Assembly (NCBI GenBank): GCA_934131175.1
Contig: CAKOZD010000016.1
Location: 8,302-40,301 of the forward strand
Source of the DNA: an uncultured Bacilli bacterium
GTDB taxonomy: Bacteria > Bacillota_I > Bacilli_A > RF39 > UBA660
Direction: 5' to 3'
Length of the DNA: 32,000 nt
Shown in pieces: positions 1-7,547 of this stretch (its first letter is position 1; each line of letters opens with the position of its first letter). The notes beneath the pieces were generated by a model, which saw only the letters and a list, made by a program, of their open reading frames with translations, was not told the origin of the DNA and ran no database searches. The translations under genes and the position numbers were made by a program.

Positions 1-92
1 ATATAACATTTTATATAATAAATAGATTAAATTTTATTTGCTATTTCGCCAAAACATAAGTATAATATGTGATAAATCAAAGGGGGATATTT

Positions 93-914
93 ATGAGTAT
101 AATAACAGAAAACGGAATTGATACACTAAACTATGTTACAAAGGATTTAGACAATTTAGATGATTTAGGAATTTATCTTGCTAAAGAAACAGATATAAAT
201 GCACTAAAAATATTAAAATTTATGATATTAGTTGGAAGATGCAATTATCTAAAAAAAGATTTTAATATTAATAAAGAAAGTACAATAGTAGATGAATATG
301 GTAGGGAAAGAAAAGAAAATATTATTACAAACTTATCTACAAATCCACAATATTTTGCTTTAGAATTAATTGAAAATATTATTCACAATGAAAAAGTAGA
401 TTTCTCACTAGAACCATTTAATAATGGGATGACTTCATTTGATTTTTGGGTACGTTCTTTAAATAGGATTGAATATGACCAAGATAAATTTTATAAAAGA
501 TATGACATGATTAATAAAAAATTAGATATTATTTCTTATATGATAGATTTAGAATTGTTAAGTAATGAAGATATAAAGTCCTTAATAGACGCTTTAGAAA
601 TATGTGTAGAAAAGAAATTTTCATATACAAATGAACAACTATTCATAATGAAAGAAATAATAAATACATTAAAACAAAAAGAAGAATTAAGAAGAAATGC
701 AGTTAATTTACTAGTAAAAAACAAAATTAGTCTAAATTGTTCAAAAGAAAACTTTTTAAGAGAATTATTTCTAACAAGTAGTAAAAAAGAAAACATAACT
801 CAAATTAGTAAAATGGATGAATTACTTGAATATCAATTATTAAATAATCAATTTATATATATGACTGATAAAATGCCTAAAGTCATTGAAAAGATAAAAT
901 CAGGTGGTAAGTAA
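93..914 (+). CDS. hypothetical protein with no recognisable domain
   Basis: Long ORF. The ATG at 93 is preceded by GGGGG (82-86), so it is a better start than the GTG at 69 used by the ORF track. A hairpin terminator follows. Confidence 0.55.
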   Translation: MSIITENGIDTLNYVTKDLDNLDDLGIYLAKETDINALKILKFMILVGRCNYLKKDFNINKESTIVDEYGRERKENIITNLSTNPQYFALELIENIIHNEKVDFSLEPFNNGMTSFDFWVRSLNRIEYDQDKFYKRYDMINKKLDIISYMIDLELLSNEDIKSLIDALEICVEKKFSYTNEQLFIMKEIINTLKQKEELRRNAVNLLVKNKISLNCSKENFLRELFLTSSKKENITQISKMDELLEYQLLNNQFIYMTDKMPKVIEKIKSGGK

Positions 915-919
915 TAAAA

Positions 920-968
920 AAGAAGATTATAGTTTACATATCATAAAATGTAATAATCTTCTTTTTTT
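920..968. terminator. bidirectional intrinsic terminator between convergent genes
   Basis: 11-bp stem AAGAAGATTAT (920-930) / ATAATCTTCTT (953-963), with an A-run on the left and a T-run on the right. Confidence 0.55.
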
Positions 969-1009
969 ATAGTTTATTTTTATATAACTGATGTCATAGT
1001 TTTTGTATT

Positions 1010-1435
1010 TTAGTGTAATTTGTTATATTCTTCATCACTTACAGCTTCGCACCACTCATTTGATGTTTCTTCTCCAGGTACTTCTACTGCAATATGACTA
1101 AACCAAGAGTCTTTCTTAGCACCATGCCAATGTTTAACATTTGCAGGTATTGTAATAACCATACCTGGTTCTAAGCTAACAGCATCTTTTCCCTCTTCTT
1201 GATACCATCCATATCCAGCAGTGCAAACAAGTAATTGTCCACCACCACTTTTTGCATGATGAATATGCCAATTATTTCTACATCCTGGTTCAAATGTAAC
1301 ATTTGCTAAAAATACAGTTTCTTTTGGGTTAGTTAATGGATTTAAATAACTATTTCCAATAAAATACTGAGCATAAGCAGTATTAGCTTCTCCTAACCCA
1401 AACACATTTACTTTATCAAATTCTTCTTTATTCAT
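1010..1435 (-). CDS. cupin domain protein
   Basis: Cupin-like motifs (FEPGCRNNWHIHH ... GQLLVCTAG ... PANVKHWHGA). AGGAGG at 1445-1450 favours the ATG at 1435 over the one at 1441. Confidence 0.75.
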   Translation of the reverse strand: MNKEEFDKVNVFGLGEANTAYAQYFIGNSYLNPLTNPKETVFLANVTFEPGCRNNWHIHHAKSGGGQLLVCTAGYGWYQEEGKDAVSLEPGMVITIPANVKHWHGAKKDSWFSHIAVEVPGEETSNEWCEAVSDEEYNKLH

Positions 1436-1748
1436 TTTCATAAACCTCCTTTGCTAAATTAAATACAGCCCAACCTTTTGGCCATCCAACATAAAATGCA
1501 GTATGAGTAATAACTCCAACCATTTCTTCACGAGTAACTCCATTTTTCCTAGCATTTTCTAAATGATATTTAAGAGAATTATCAGTAATTCCAGAAGACA
1601 TTAAAGCAACAACAGTGATTATACATCTTGTCTTTAAGTCAATTGAAGTATCATTCCAATTCTCTCCAAATAAAATATCATCATTATAATGTGCGAAATT
1701 AGGAGCAAATTCTCCTAAAGCATCGCGTCCAGCAGTTTGTTTAATCAT
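1428..1748 (-). CDS. carboxymuconolactone decarboxylase (AhpD-like) family protein
   Basis: Small CMD-type protein (TRCIITVVALMSSG..., LKYHLENARKNGVTREEM). GGAG lies upstream of the ATG. The gene is coupled to the downstream cupin gene. Confidence 0.7.
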   Translation of the reverse strand: MIKQTAGRDALGEFAPNFAHYNDDILFGENWNDTSIDLKTRCIITVVALMSSGITDNSLKYHLENARKNGVTREEMVGVITHTAFYVGWPKGWAVFNLAKEVYENE

Positions 1749-1760
1749 AATTTTTTTCTC

Positions 1761-1997
1761 CTATAAATTATTTATCCAATCATCTAAATCATCATTACTT
1801 GTTACTAATTCACTTGAATAGCTTTTAAATAAAATATTCATTCCATCGTGTACTTCGCTATTTGGACAAAGTTTAGTAAAATCTTTAAATGTTTTTCCAA
1901 GCCATCCAGCATTTGTTGCGAATGGATATATCTTTTTTCCTGATAAATCATATTTCTTTAAAAAAGTTACTACAACAGGACTTATTGTATACCACTA
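1761..1997 (-). pseudogene. 5'-truncated flavodoxin gene remnant
   Basis: The minus strand translates to WYTISPVVVTFLKKYDLSGKKIYPFATNAGWLGKTFKDF...DDWINNL*. There is near-identical nucleotide similarity to 2985-3068 of the intact flavodoxin gene. Similarity stops near 1997 and no start codon or N-terminal half is present. Confidence 0.7.
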
Positions 1998-2056
1998 TGC
2001 AATGATTTTTGGAAAATTTGTAAAAAATAAATTTTAATACCACTTTATATTGAAAT

Positions 2057-2746
2057 TCATCTATGTTTTACACTATTTTTTTCTTGATATAACTGATGTT
2101 TATGTAGCAAATCTTCAGTCAAAAACAAATTTCCCTCATCATCAGAGAAATATTCTTGTACTTCGTCTTCCAATCTTTTTTCTAATTCTTGTGAAGTTAA
2201 TTCTCCTAATGTAATATAATCAAAAAAATTTCCATTGTTCTTTTGGTAATATAATTCTCTTATTGCTTGTTTTGTAGTTCTTCCATAAAGTACATCTTGT
2301 TGTATAAAACATTTTGCTAATTCCATTAATTTATCACTTACATTTCCAACTAAATCATCACTACTAATTGGTACAGATATTGTAATAGTATTTCCTTCTC
2401 CTCGAGCTGAATTATCAACAATTTTTCCTATTATTCCTTCACTAATTAGTTTTTTTACAATGTTTTTATTTTCGTCATTTAAAGTATCATAAGAAATTCC
2501 AATAAAAGCTTCTGCAGTTGCATTTTCTTGTCCATCTACATTAGCCCCAGAATTAAATGTTTGAATATTTAAATCATATAGCAATTCACATGCTTCCACA
2601 CATGCCTCATCAGCATAGTATTTTATAAATTCTCTTGATAATGGAATACAACCATCCGTACCCACATTTAAAAAAATTTGAAATTCTTTTTCGTCAAAAC
2701 CTGTTAATATTCTTTTTGTATCTTTAATTTTAGTGTCCCTACTCAT
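2057..2746 (-). CDS. hypothetical protein
   Basis: ORF with AGGAG (2754-2758) 7 nt upstream of the ATG at 2746. The ORF-track start at 2791 is probably an over-extension. Confidence 0.5.
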   Translation of the reverse strand: MSRDTKIKDTKRILTGFDEKEFQIFLNVGTDGCIPLSREFIKYYADEACVEACELLYDLNIQTFNSGANVDGQENATAEAFIGISYDTLNDENKNIVKKLISEGIIGKIVDNSARGEGNTITISVPISSDDLVGNVSDKLMELAKCFIQQDVLYGRTTKQAIRELYYQKNNGNFFDYITLGELTSQELEKRLEDEVQEYFSDDEGNLFLTEDLLHKHQLYQEKNSVKHR

Positions 2747-2827
2747 ATATTTACTCCTGATAAATTTTTCTATATTTCTATTATAGCACAATGAAAGACA
2801 GATTTATTATAATCTGCTTTAATATAC

Positions 2828-3310
2828 TTATTTTTGCAACTTATTTATCCACTTATTTATTTCATTCATACTAGTTATTAAAATATCACTATAGTTTTTA
2901 AAAACTATATTCATTTCATTAGTGATTTGTGAGTTAGGACACATCTTTTCTATTTCTTTAAATTTTCTTCCAAGCCATCCAGCATTTGTTGCGAATGGAC
3001 ATATCTTTTTTCCTGACAAATCATATTTCTTTAAAAATGTAACAACAACAGGACTTATTGTATACCACCATACAGGTGTTCCAATAATTATTTCATCATA
3101 ATTATTTAAATCTACATTTATGTCTTTAATTGCAACTTCTTTATTATCTATAGAATTATTTTGATATTCATCAACAACCTCATCATAATCTTCTGAAAAA
3201 GGAATTAATGGTTCTAGTTCTAAAACATCACAATTTAATTTGTCTTTTATAATAGATGCTATTTTTCTAGTATTTCCTGTATAACTATAATAAACAACTA
3301 ACTTCTTCAT
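2828..3310 (-). CDS. flavodoxin family protein
   Basis: N-terminal KKLVVYYSYTGNTRKIA phosphate-binding loop and the GTPVWWY motif. The start overlaps the upstream stop by 1 nt. Confidence 0.75.
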   Translation of the reverse strand: MKKLVVYYSYTGNTRKIASIIKDKLNCDVLELEPLIPFSEDYDEVVDEYQNNSIDNKEVAIKDINVDLNNYDEIIIGTPVWWYTISPVVVTFLKKYDLSGKKICPFATNAGWLGRKFKEIEKMCPNSQITNEMNIVFKNYSDILITSMNEINKWINKLQK

Positions 3311-3813
3311 TATTTACACCAACTCTCAAGTTTTTCTAAAGCATTATTTGCATCACACCCACGAATAGCAAGACCACTCTTAATATCAGCACCAACGCAT
3401 AACTTTCTAACATCATCCATTACACTACCTAAACCAGATCCTTCATGTGTTGTAAATGGATAGACCTCTTTTCCACTAAAGTCTAGTCCCTCTAAAAGTG
3501 AAAATATAGCCATTGGATAATGTCCCCACCAAACTGGTCCTCCTATATAAATAACATCATAGGAATCAAAATTTTCTAAACTCTTTTTTAATTTAGGTCT
3601 AGCATCTTTTTCAAGTTCCTCTTTAGCAACATCACAACACTCATGATAGTCATATGGATAATCATTAACTGTTTCTACTTTAAATAAATCAGCATCAGTT
3701 ATTTCTTTTATTTTTTCTGCAACTATCTCAGTATTACCTTTTTCAATATTCTCAATACCATTTCTCATATAGTTTTCCCCAATATGAGAATAATAAATAA
3801 CTAAACTTTTCAA
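3310..3813 (-). CDS. flavodoxin family protein
   Basis: KSLVIYYSHIGENY and GGPVWWGHYP motifs. It is a paralogue of the downstream gene. Confidence 0.75.
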   Translation of the reverse strand: MKSLVIYYSHIGENYMRNGIENIEKGNTEIVAEKIKEITDADLFKVETVNDYPYDYHECCDVAKEELEKDARPKLKKSLENFDSYDVIYIGGPVWWGHYPMAIFSLLEGLDFSGKEVYPFTTHEGSGLGSVMDDVRKLCVGADIKSGLAIRGCDANNALEKLESWCK

Positions 3814-3851
3814 ATTATTCCTCCTTACATAAATATATTTATAACTTAATA

Positions 3852-3879
3852 ATAATACCTAAACCAAAGTTTAGGTCAA
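3852..3879 (-). promoter_or_regulatory. candidate sigmaA promoter with a dyad operator in its spacer
   Basis: On the minus strand, TTGACC (3879-3874) is followed by a 16-nt spacer and TATTAT (3857-3852). The spacer holds the perfect dyad ACCTAAAC-N4-GTTTAGGT (3857-3876). Confidence 0.4.
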
Positions 3880-3898
3880 CAAAAATAACAAAATAAAA

Positions 3899-3920
3899 TC
3901 TCATTAGACATAAAATGAGA
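3899..3920 (-). terminator. intrinsic terminator after the MGMT-like gene
   Basis: 7-bp stem TCTCATT / AATGAGA, followed on the minus strand by a T-rich run. Confidence 0.5.
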
Positions 3921-3982
3921 CTTCATTATTATATTTTGTATTTATAAAGAAAAAATACATGTATTATATTTAAATAAAAATT

Positions 3983-4318
3983 TTATTCATGATTGAAATA
4001 GTAGAAATAGTCCTTTGAAACTTTATTATTTTGAACAACTATTCCATCATTTTCTAATCTCTTCTTTTGACCATCAATTCCACCAAAAGCATAATGACAA
4101 GCTAAATTTCCACTACTATTTACTACCTTATAACAAGGATACTTATCACCATCCTCATTTTGATGAAGAATATTTCCAACTACTCTAGCAAGTCTTTTAT
4201 TTCCAAGAGTCTCTGCAATTATTCCATACGTTGTTACAAAACCATCTGGTATTTCGAGTAACAAATTATAAACTTTTTCCTTCACCTTGGCACCTCTTAC
4301 ATATTCCATCAATAACAA
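3983..4318 (-). CDS. MGMT-family protein (methyltransferase C-terminal DNA-binding domain only)
   Basis: VYNLLLEIPDGFVTTYGIIA ... PCYKVVNSSG resembles the Ogt/Ada C-terminal domain, with PCYK in place of the canonical PCHR. A GTG at 4288 with GAGG upstream is an alternative start. Either start overlaps the end of the Fur-family gene. Confidence 0.7.
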   Translation of the reverse strand: MLLMEYVRGAKVKEKVYNLLLEIPDGFVTTYGIIAETLGNKRLARVVGNILHQNEDGDKYPCYKVVNSSGNLACHYAFGGIDGQKKRLENDGIVVQNNKVSKDYFYYFNHE

Positions 4319-4661
4319 GTGAATGACTTATTATTTTATATCCATCAATATATTCATCTAACTCCATTGGACAAATATCAATTTCTTTTATAGAATTACA
4401 TTTTATACACTTAATATAATGTTTATTAGAATCAGATATTACATATATAACATCATCATTTATACCGCTAATCTCTTCAATAATATTCCTATCTTCTAAC
4501 GTCTTTATCGTTCTATAAATTGTTGATGTATCTACATTATTTAAATTATTTATTATATTTTTTAAAGTGCTATTACATCCTAATTCATTTATAATATTTA
4601 ATATTTTAATTCTTTGATTTGTTACTTTTAAACTATTGTTTTTTAAAATGTTTTCTATCAT
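4266..4661 (-). CDS. Fur family transcriptional regulator
   Basis: N-terminal winged helix (LKVTNQRIKILNII ... STIYRTIKTLE) and a C-terminal CxxC...CxxC motif (CIKC ... CKRC). Confidence 0.7.
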   Translation of the reverse strand: MIENILKNNSLKVTNQRIKILNIINELGCNSTLKNIINNLNNVDTSTIYRTIKTLEDRNIIEEISGINDDVIYVISDSNKHYIKCIKCNSIKEIDICPMELDEYIDGYKIISHSLVIDGICKRCQGEGKSL

Positions 4662-5497
4662 AAAGCAATCCCCAAAATGTTAATAATACTTCCAACAATA
4701 ACACCAATTAAATAGATTAACAAAAGTATTTTTATATTTTCTTTAACATTTTTATTAGTTTTAAAAAGTACTAAAATTCCTATACCACTACCAGTAAGTA
4801 ATCCTCCTATACAAGTACCTAAAGTAATTACATTATTAAGATATAACTCTGTTATTATTATAGAAGAAGCACAATTTGGTACTAGTCCAATTAAACTTGA
4901 AATAATTGGTGCAAATACATTTCCTTTTAAAAATATACTTCCTATAAATTCTTGATTTACAAAACTAAATAATGTATTTAAAACTAAAGTTACTAAAAAT
5001 ATAAATATTAATGTTTTTCCTGTATGAATAATACTAGATTTTATAATTGACTCTTCACATTCACATTTTTCATCTTCACATATATGATAATCTTCATGCT
5101 CATTTTTTCTTATAAATAAATCTATTAAGAAACCACAAATAATACCAACAATAACTTTTATAAGTAATATTATTATTACTTTGGAAATAGCTGTTCCATT
5201 AGATAATAGTATTGGTAACATCTCATCACTTGTAGATAAATAAATAGAAATTAATGTACCTAAAGAAATAATTCTAGTTACATATAAATTAGATGCTAAA
5301 ACTGAAAAACCACATTGAGGTATAGCACCAAGAAGTCCCCCAAGTACTGGTCCAAATCTTCCTGCCTTTTTTAAAATTTTCTCATTTTTATTAGACATTT
5401 TATGTTCAATTAATTCAATAATTAAGAACGCTACAAACAAAAATGGTATAAGTTTTATTGTATCTAATAATGTATCTTTTAAGATATCAAGTATCAT
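4658..5497 (-). CDS. polytopic membrane protein, putative 10-TM heavy-metal exporter (ArsP_2-like)
   Basis: Multiple TM helices, IPQCGFSV and PNCASS half-repeat motifs, and a Cys/His/Glu-rich central loop (HEDYHICEDEKCECEE). AGGAG (5506-5510) favours the ATG at 5497 over the ORF-track start at 5563. Confidence 0.55.
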   Translation of the reverse strand: MILDILKDTLLDTIKLIPFLFVAFLIIELIEHKMSNKNEKILKKAGRFGPVLGGLLGAIPQCGFSVLASNLYVTRIISLGTLISIYLSTSDEMLPILLSNGTAISKVIIILLIKVIVGIICGFLIDLFIRKNEHEDYHICEDEKCECEESIIKSSIIHTGKTLIFIFLVTLVLNTLFSFVNQEFIGSIFLKGNVFAPIISSLIGLVPNCASSIIITELYLNNVITLGTCIGGLLTGSGIGILVLFKTNKNVKENIKILLLIYLIGVIVGSIINILGIAL

Positions 5498-5509
5498 TTT
5501 ATCATCTCC

Positions 5510-5532
5510 TAAATGCAAATTAATTGCATTTA
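5510..5532. promoter_or_regulatory. candidate Fur-family operator
   Basis: TAAATGCAAAT-T-AATTGCATTTA is an 11-1-11 palindrome with one mismatch. It sits between the -10 box and the RBS of the permease/Fur operon. Confidence 0.45.
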
Positions 5533-5534
5533 AA

Positions 5535-5563
5535 ATAATATCACAATCTTTCTCTATATTCAA
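5535..5563 (-). promoter_or_regulatory. sigmaA-type promoter of the permease/Fur operon
   Basis: Minus strand TTGAAT (5563-5558), a 17-nt spacer, then TATTAT (5540-5535). Confidence 0.45.
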
Positions 5564-5580
5564 TATCTAAATAAAAAGTT

Positions 5581-5615
5581 AAAAAAAATCAATGTTTTTA
5601 CATTGACTTTTTTTT
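5581..5615. terminator. bidirectional intrinsic terminator after hsp20
   Basis: A8, stem TCAATGT (5589-5595), loop TTTT, stem ACATTGA (5600-5606), then a T-run. Confidence 0.6.
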
Positions 5616-5617
5616 AA

Positions 5618-6040
5618 TTAATCTATAGAGATATAATTTCTTTCAGCTTCTTTATCCTCTTGTGTCTTCTTTGGTACATTTAAACATAAAATACCATCTT
5701 TAAATGATGCTTTAATATCATCTTTTTTGATATCATCTCCAATATAGAAACTTCTTGAACATTCACCATAATATCTTTCACGTCTTACATATTTACCTTT
5801 TTCTTTTTCATCATGTGAATCATTCATTTTAGCATTTATATTTAAATATCCATCAGTTACATCTACTTTAATATTTTCTTTTGAATATCCAGGTAAATCT
5901 ACATCTATTAAATATTCATTATCACTTTCTCTAATATCAGTTCTCATCATATTATTATCAACTTTACTTAAAAAGTTACCACCAAAAATATCATCAAATA
6001 AATCTAAATTATTTTTAGGCATTAACATCATATACATCAT
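5618..6040 (-). CDS. Hsp20/alpha-crystallin family small heat-shock protein
   Basis: Alpha-crystallin domain (TDIRESDNEYLIDVDLPGYSKENIKVDV ... FKDGILCLNVPK). Several candidate ATGs lie between 6022 and 6040, so the exact start is uncertain. Confidence 0.85.
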   Translation of the reverse strand: MMYMMLMPKNNLDLFDDIFGGNFLSKVDNNMMRTDIRESDNEYLIDVDLPGYSKENIKVDVTDGYLNINAKMNDSHDEKEKGKYVRRERYYGECSRSFYIGDDIKKDDIKASFKDGILCLNVPKKTQEDKEAERNYISID

Positions 6041-6105
6041 CTTCCTTTCATATATTATATATATTTATTAATACCAGGGAACTATTTATCTCCCTTACAG
6101 TTATA

Positions 6106-6134
6106 ATAGTACCACTTTAATTAGCACTTGTCAA
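6106..6134 (-). promoter_or_regulatory. sigmaA-type promoter of hsp20
   Basis: Minus strand TTGACA (6134-6129), a 17-nt spacer, then TACTAT (6111-6106). The -35 box lies inside the CIRCE spacer. Confidence 0.5.
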
Positions 6135-6147
6135 GTGTAAGTGCTAA
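6121..6147. promoter_or_regulatory. CIRCE element (HrcA operator)
   Basis: TTAGCACTT-GTCAAGTGT-AAGTGCTAA compares with the consensus TTAGCACTC-N9-GAGTGCTAA. It has a 9-nt spacer and one mismatch per arm. Confidence 0.8.
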
Positions 6148-6208
6148 TTATTAATATTATATACATCTAAATAAAAAGTATTCATATTTTACTAATTTAT
6201 TTAAATAT

Positions 6209-7507
6209 CTATTCTTGATTATTATTTTTACTTTCTTTTAACTCATCAAACATTTTAGCCATAGTTTCACTTCCATGAGTTAATTTTTTTATTGTTAAGT
6301 CTTCTGCTTTATTATTCGCAAGTCTTAAATTGTTTTCACTTGAAAGTAATGCCTCTTTTGTCTTTTGTAAATGATCTATTGTCTTATCAATTTCATCTAT
6401 TGCTTTTTTAAATTTTTCTGAAGCAAGTCGATAATTTCTCGCAAATCCCTCTTTAAAACTATTCATATTCTCCTCAAAATGAGATATATCAATATTTTGG
6501 TTTTGAACAATTTCTAGCTCCTTCTTATAACTTAAAGAATTCATCGCTGCTCCTCTAAGTAGTGTTATAATTGGAATAAAAAATTGTGGTCTAATGACAT
6601 ACATCTTCGGATATTTATGTGATACATCAACAATGCCTGTATTATAGTAATCATTATCTATTTCTAAAAGAGATACTAAAACAGCATATTCACAATTTTT
6701 TTCTCTTCTATCTTTATCTAGTTCTTTAAAGAAATCTTCATTCTTATGCTTTGATGCAGTCTCATCTGCTTCATTCTTCATCTCAAACATAATAGAAATA
6801 ACTTCTGTTCCATCATCGTCACTTTCTCTAAAAATAAAATCTCCCTTAGACCCAGTTCTCGCATCATTGTCTTTTTCAAAATAAACATTTTTAAGTATCG
6901 GTCTAATTCTATTAAACTCATTATTACAATGTTGTTCCAATGATTCACCTATCATCTTAGTTGACTGTCTAGCTTTAAAATCTTTATAATAAGCAATTTG
7001 CTCATCCTTATTTTTTATCTTTTCTTCATAGCTTTCAACTAAATTTTTCTCTTTTAATAAATACTCATTCTTACCAATTTCCAATTTATTATTTAAATTA
7101 TCAATCTCTTTTTCTTTCTCACTAACTGCATTCTTTAAATTTAATTCTTCATGTGCTTCCATCAAAGAAATTTTATTTTTAAGTTCAGCTATCTCTTTAT
7201 CTTTATCAGTTAATTTTTCTGTATAATCTTTATCTAATTTACTCTTTATTTCTAAAGAATTATTATCAAGTCTATTTTTTAAATCTTTTATCTCACTATT
7301 TTTTTCATTTAACTTTTCTGTGTACTCTTTCTCAAGTTCTGCTCCATGTAATTTAATAGAATTTTCCTTATCTAACTCATGTTGTTTATCTCTTAAAGTA
7401 ATTTCTTTTTCAAATTCTTTATCTCTAATTTGTTTTACAATTGATTGATACTCGTTCTCATCTATTTTAAATACAGTTCCACAATTTGGACATTTAATCT
7501 CATTCAT
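6209..7507 (-). CDS. DUF2130-like protein (N-terminal zinc ribbon, long coiled coil)
   Basis: N-terminal MNEIKCPNCGTVFKIDE, a Lys/Glu-rich heptad-like middle and a conserved C-terminal half (GSKGDFIFRE ... CEYAVLVS). The family was recognised from memory only. Confidence 0.6.
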   Translation of the reverse strand: MNEIKCPNCGTVFKIDENEYQSIVKQIRDKEFEKEITLRDKQHELDKENSIKLHGAELEKEYTEKLNEKNSEIKDLKNRLDNNSLEIKSKLDKDYTEKLTDKDKEIAELKNKISLMEAHEELNLKNAVSEKEKEIDNLNNKLEIGKNEYLLKEKNLVESYEEKIKNKDEQIAYYKDFKARQSTKMIGESLEQHCNNEFNRIRPILKNVYFEKDNDARTGSKGDFIFRESDDDGTEVISIMFEMKNEADETASKHKNEDFFKELDKDRREKNCEYAVLVSLLEIDNDYYNTGIVDVSHKYPKMYVIRPQFFIPIITLLRGAAMNSLSYKKELEIVQNQNIDISHFEENMNSFKEGFARNYRLASEKFKKAIDEIDKTIDHLQKTKEALLSSENNLRLANNKAEDLTIKKLTHGSETMAKMFDELKESKNNNQE

Positions 7508-7547
7508 ATTTCCACCTCAAATATATTATACAAAAAAATAAAGAAAA

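Noticed and set aside
4266-4318. The overlap between the Fur-family and MGMT-like ORFs could signal a frameshift or pseudogene.
   Set aside because: Both ORFs are intact with complete domains. A GTG start at 4288 with its own GAGG reduces the overlap to an ordinary coupled arrangement.
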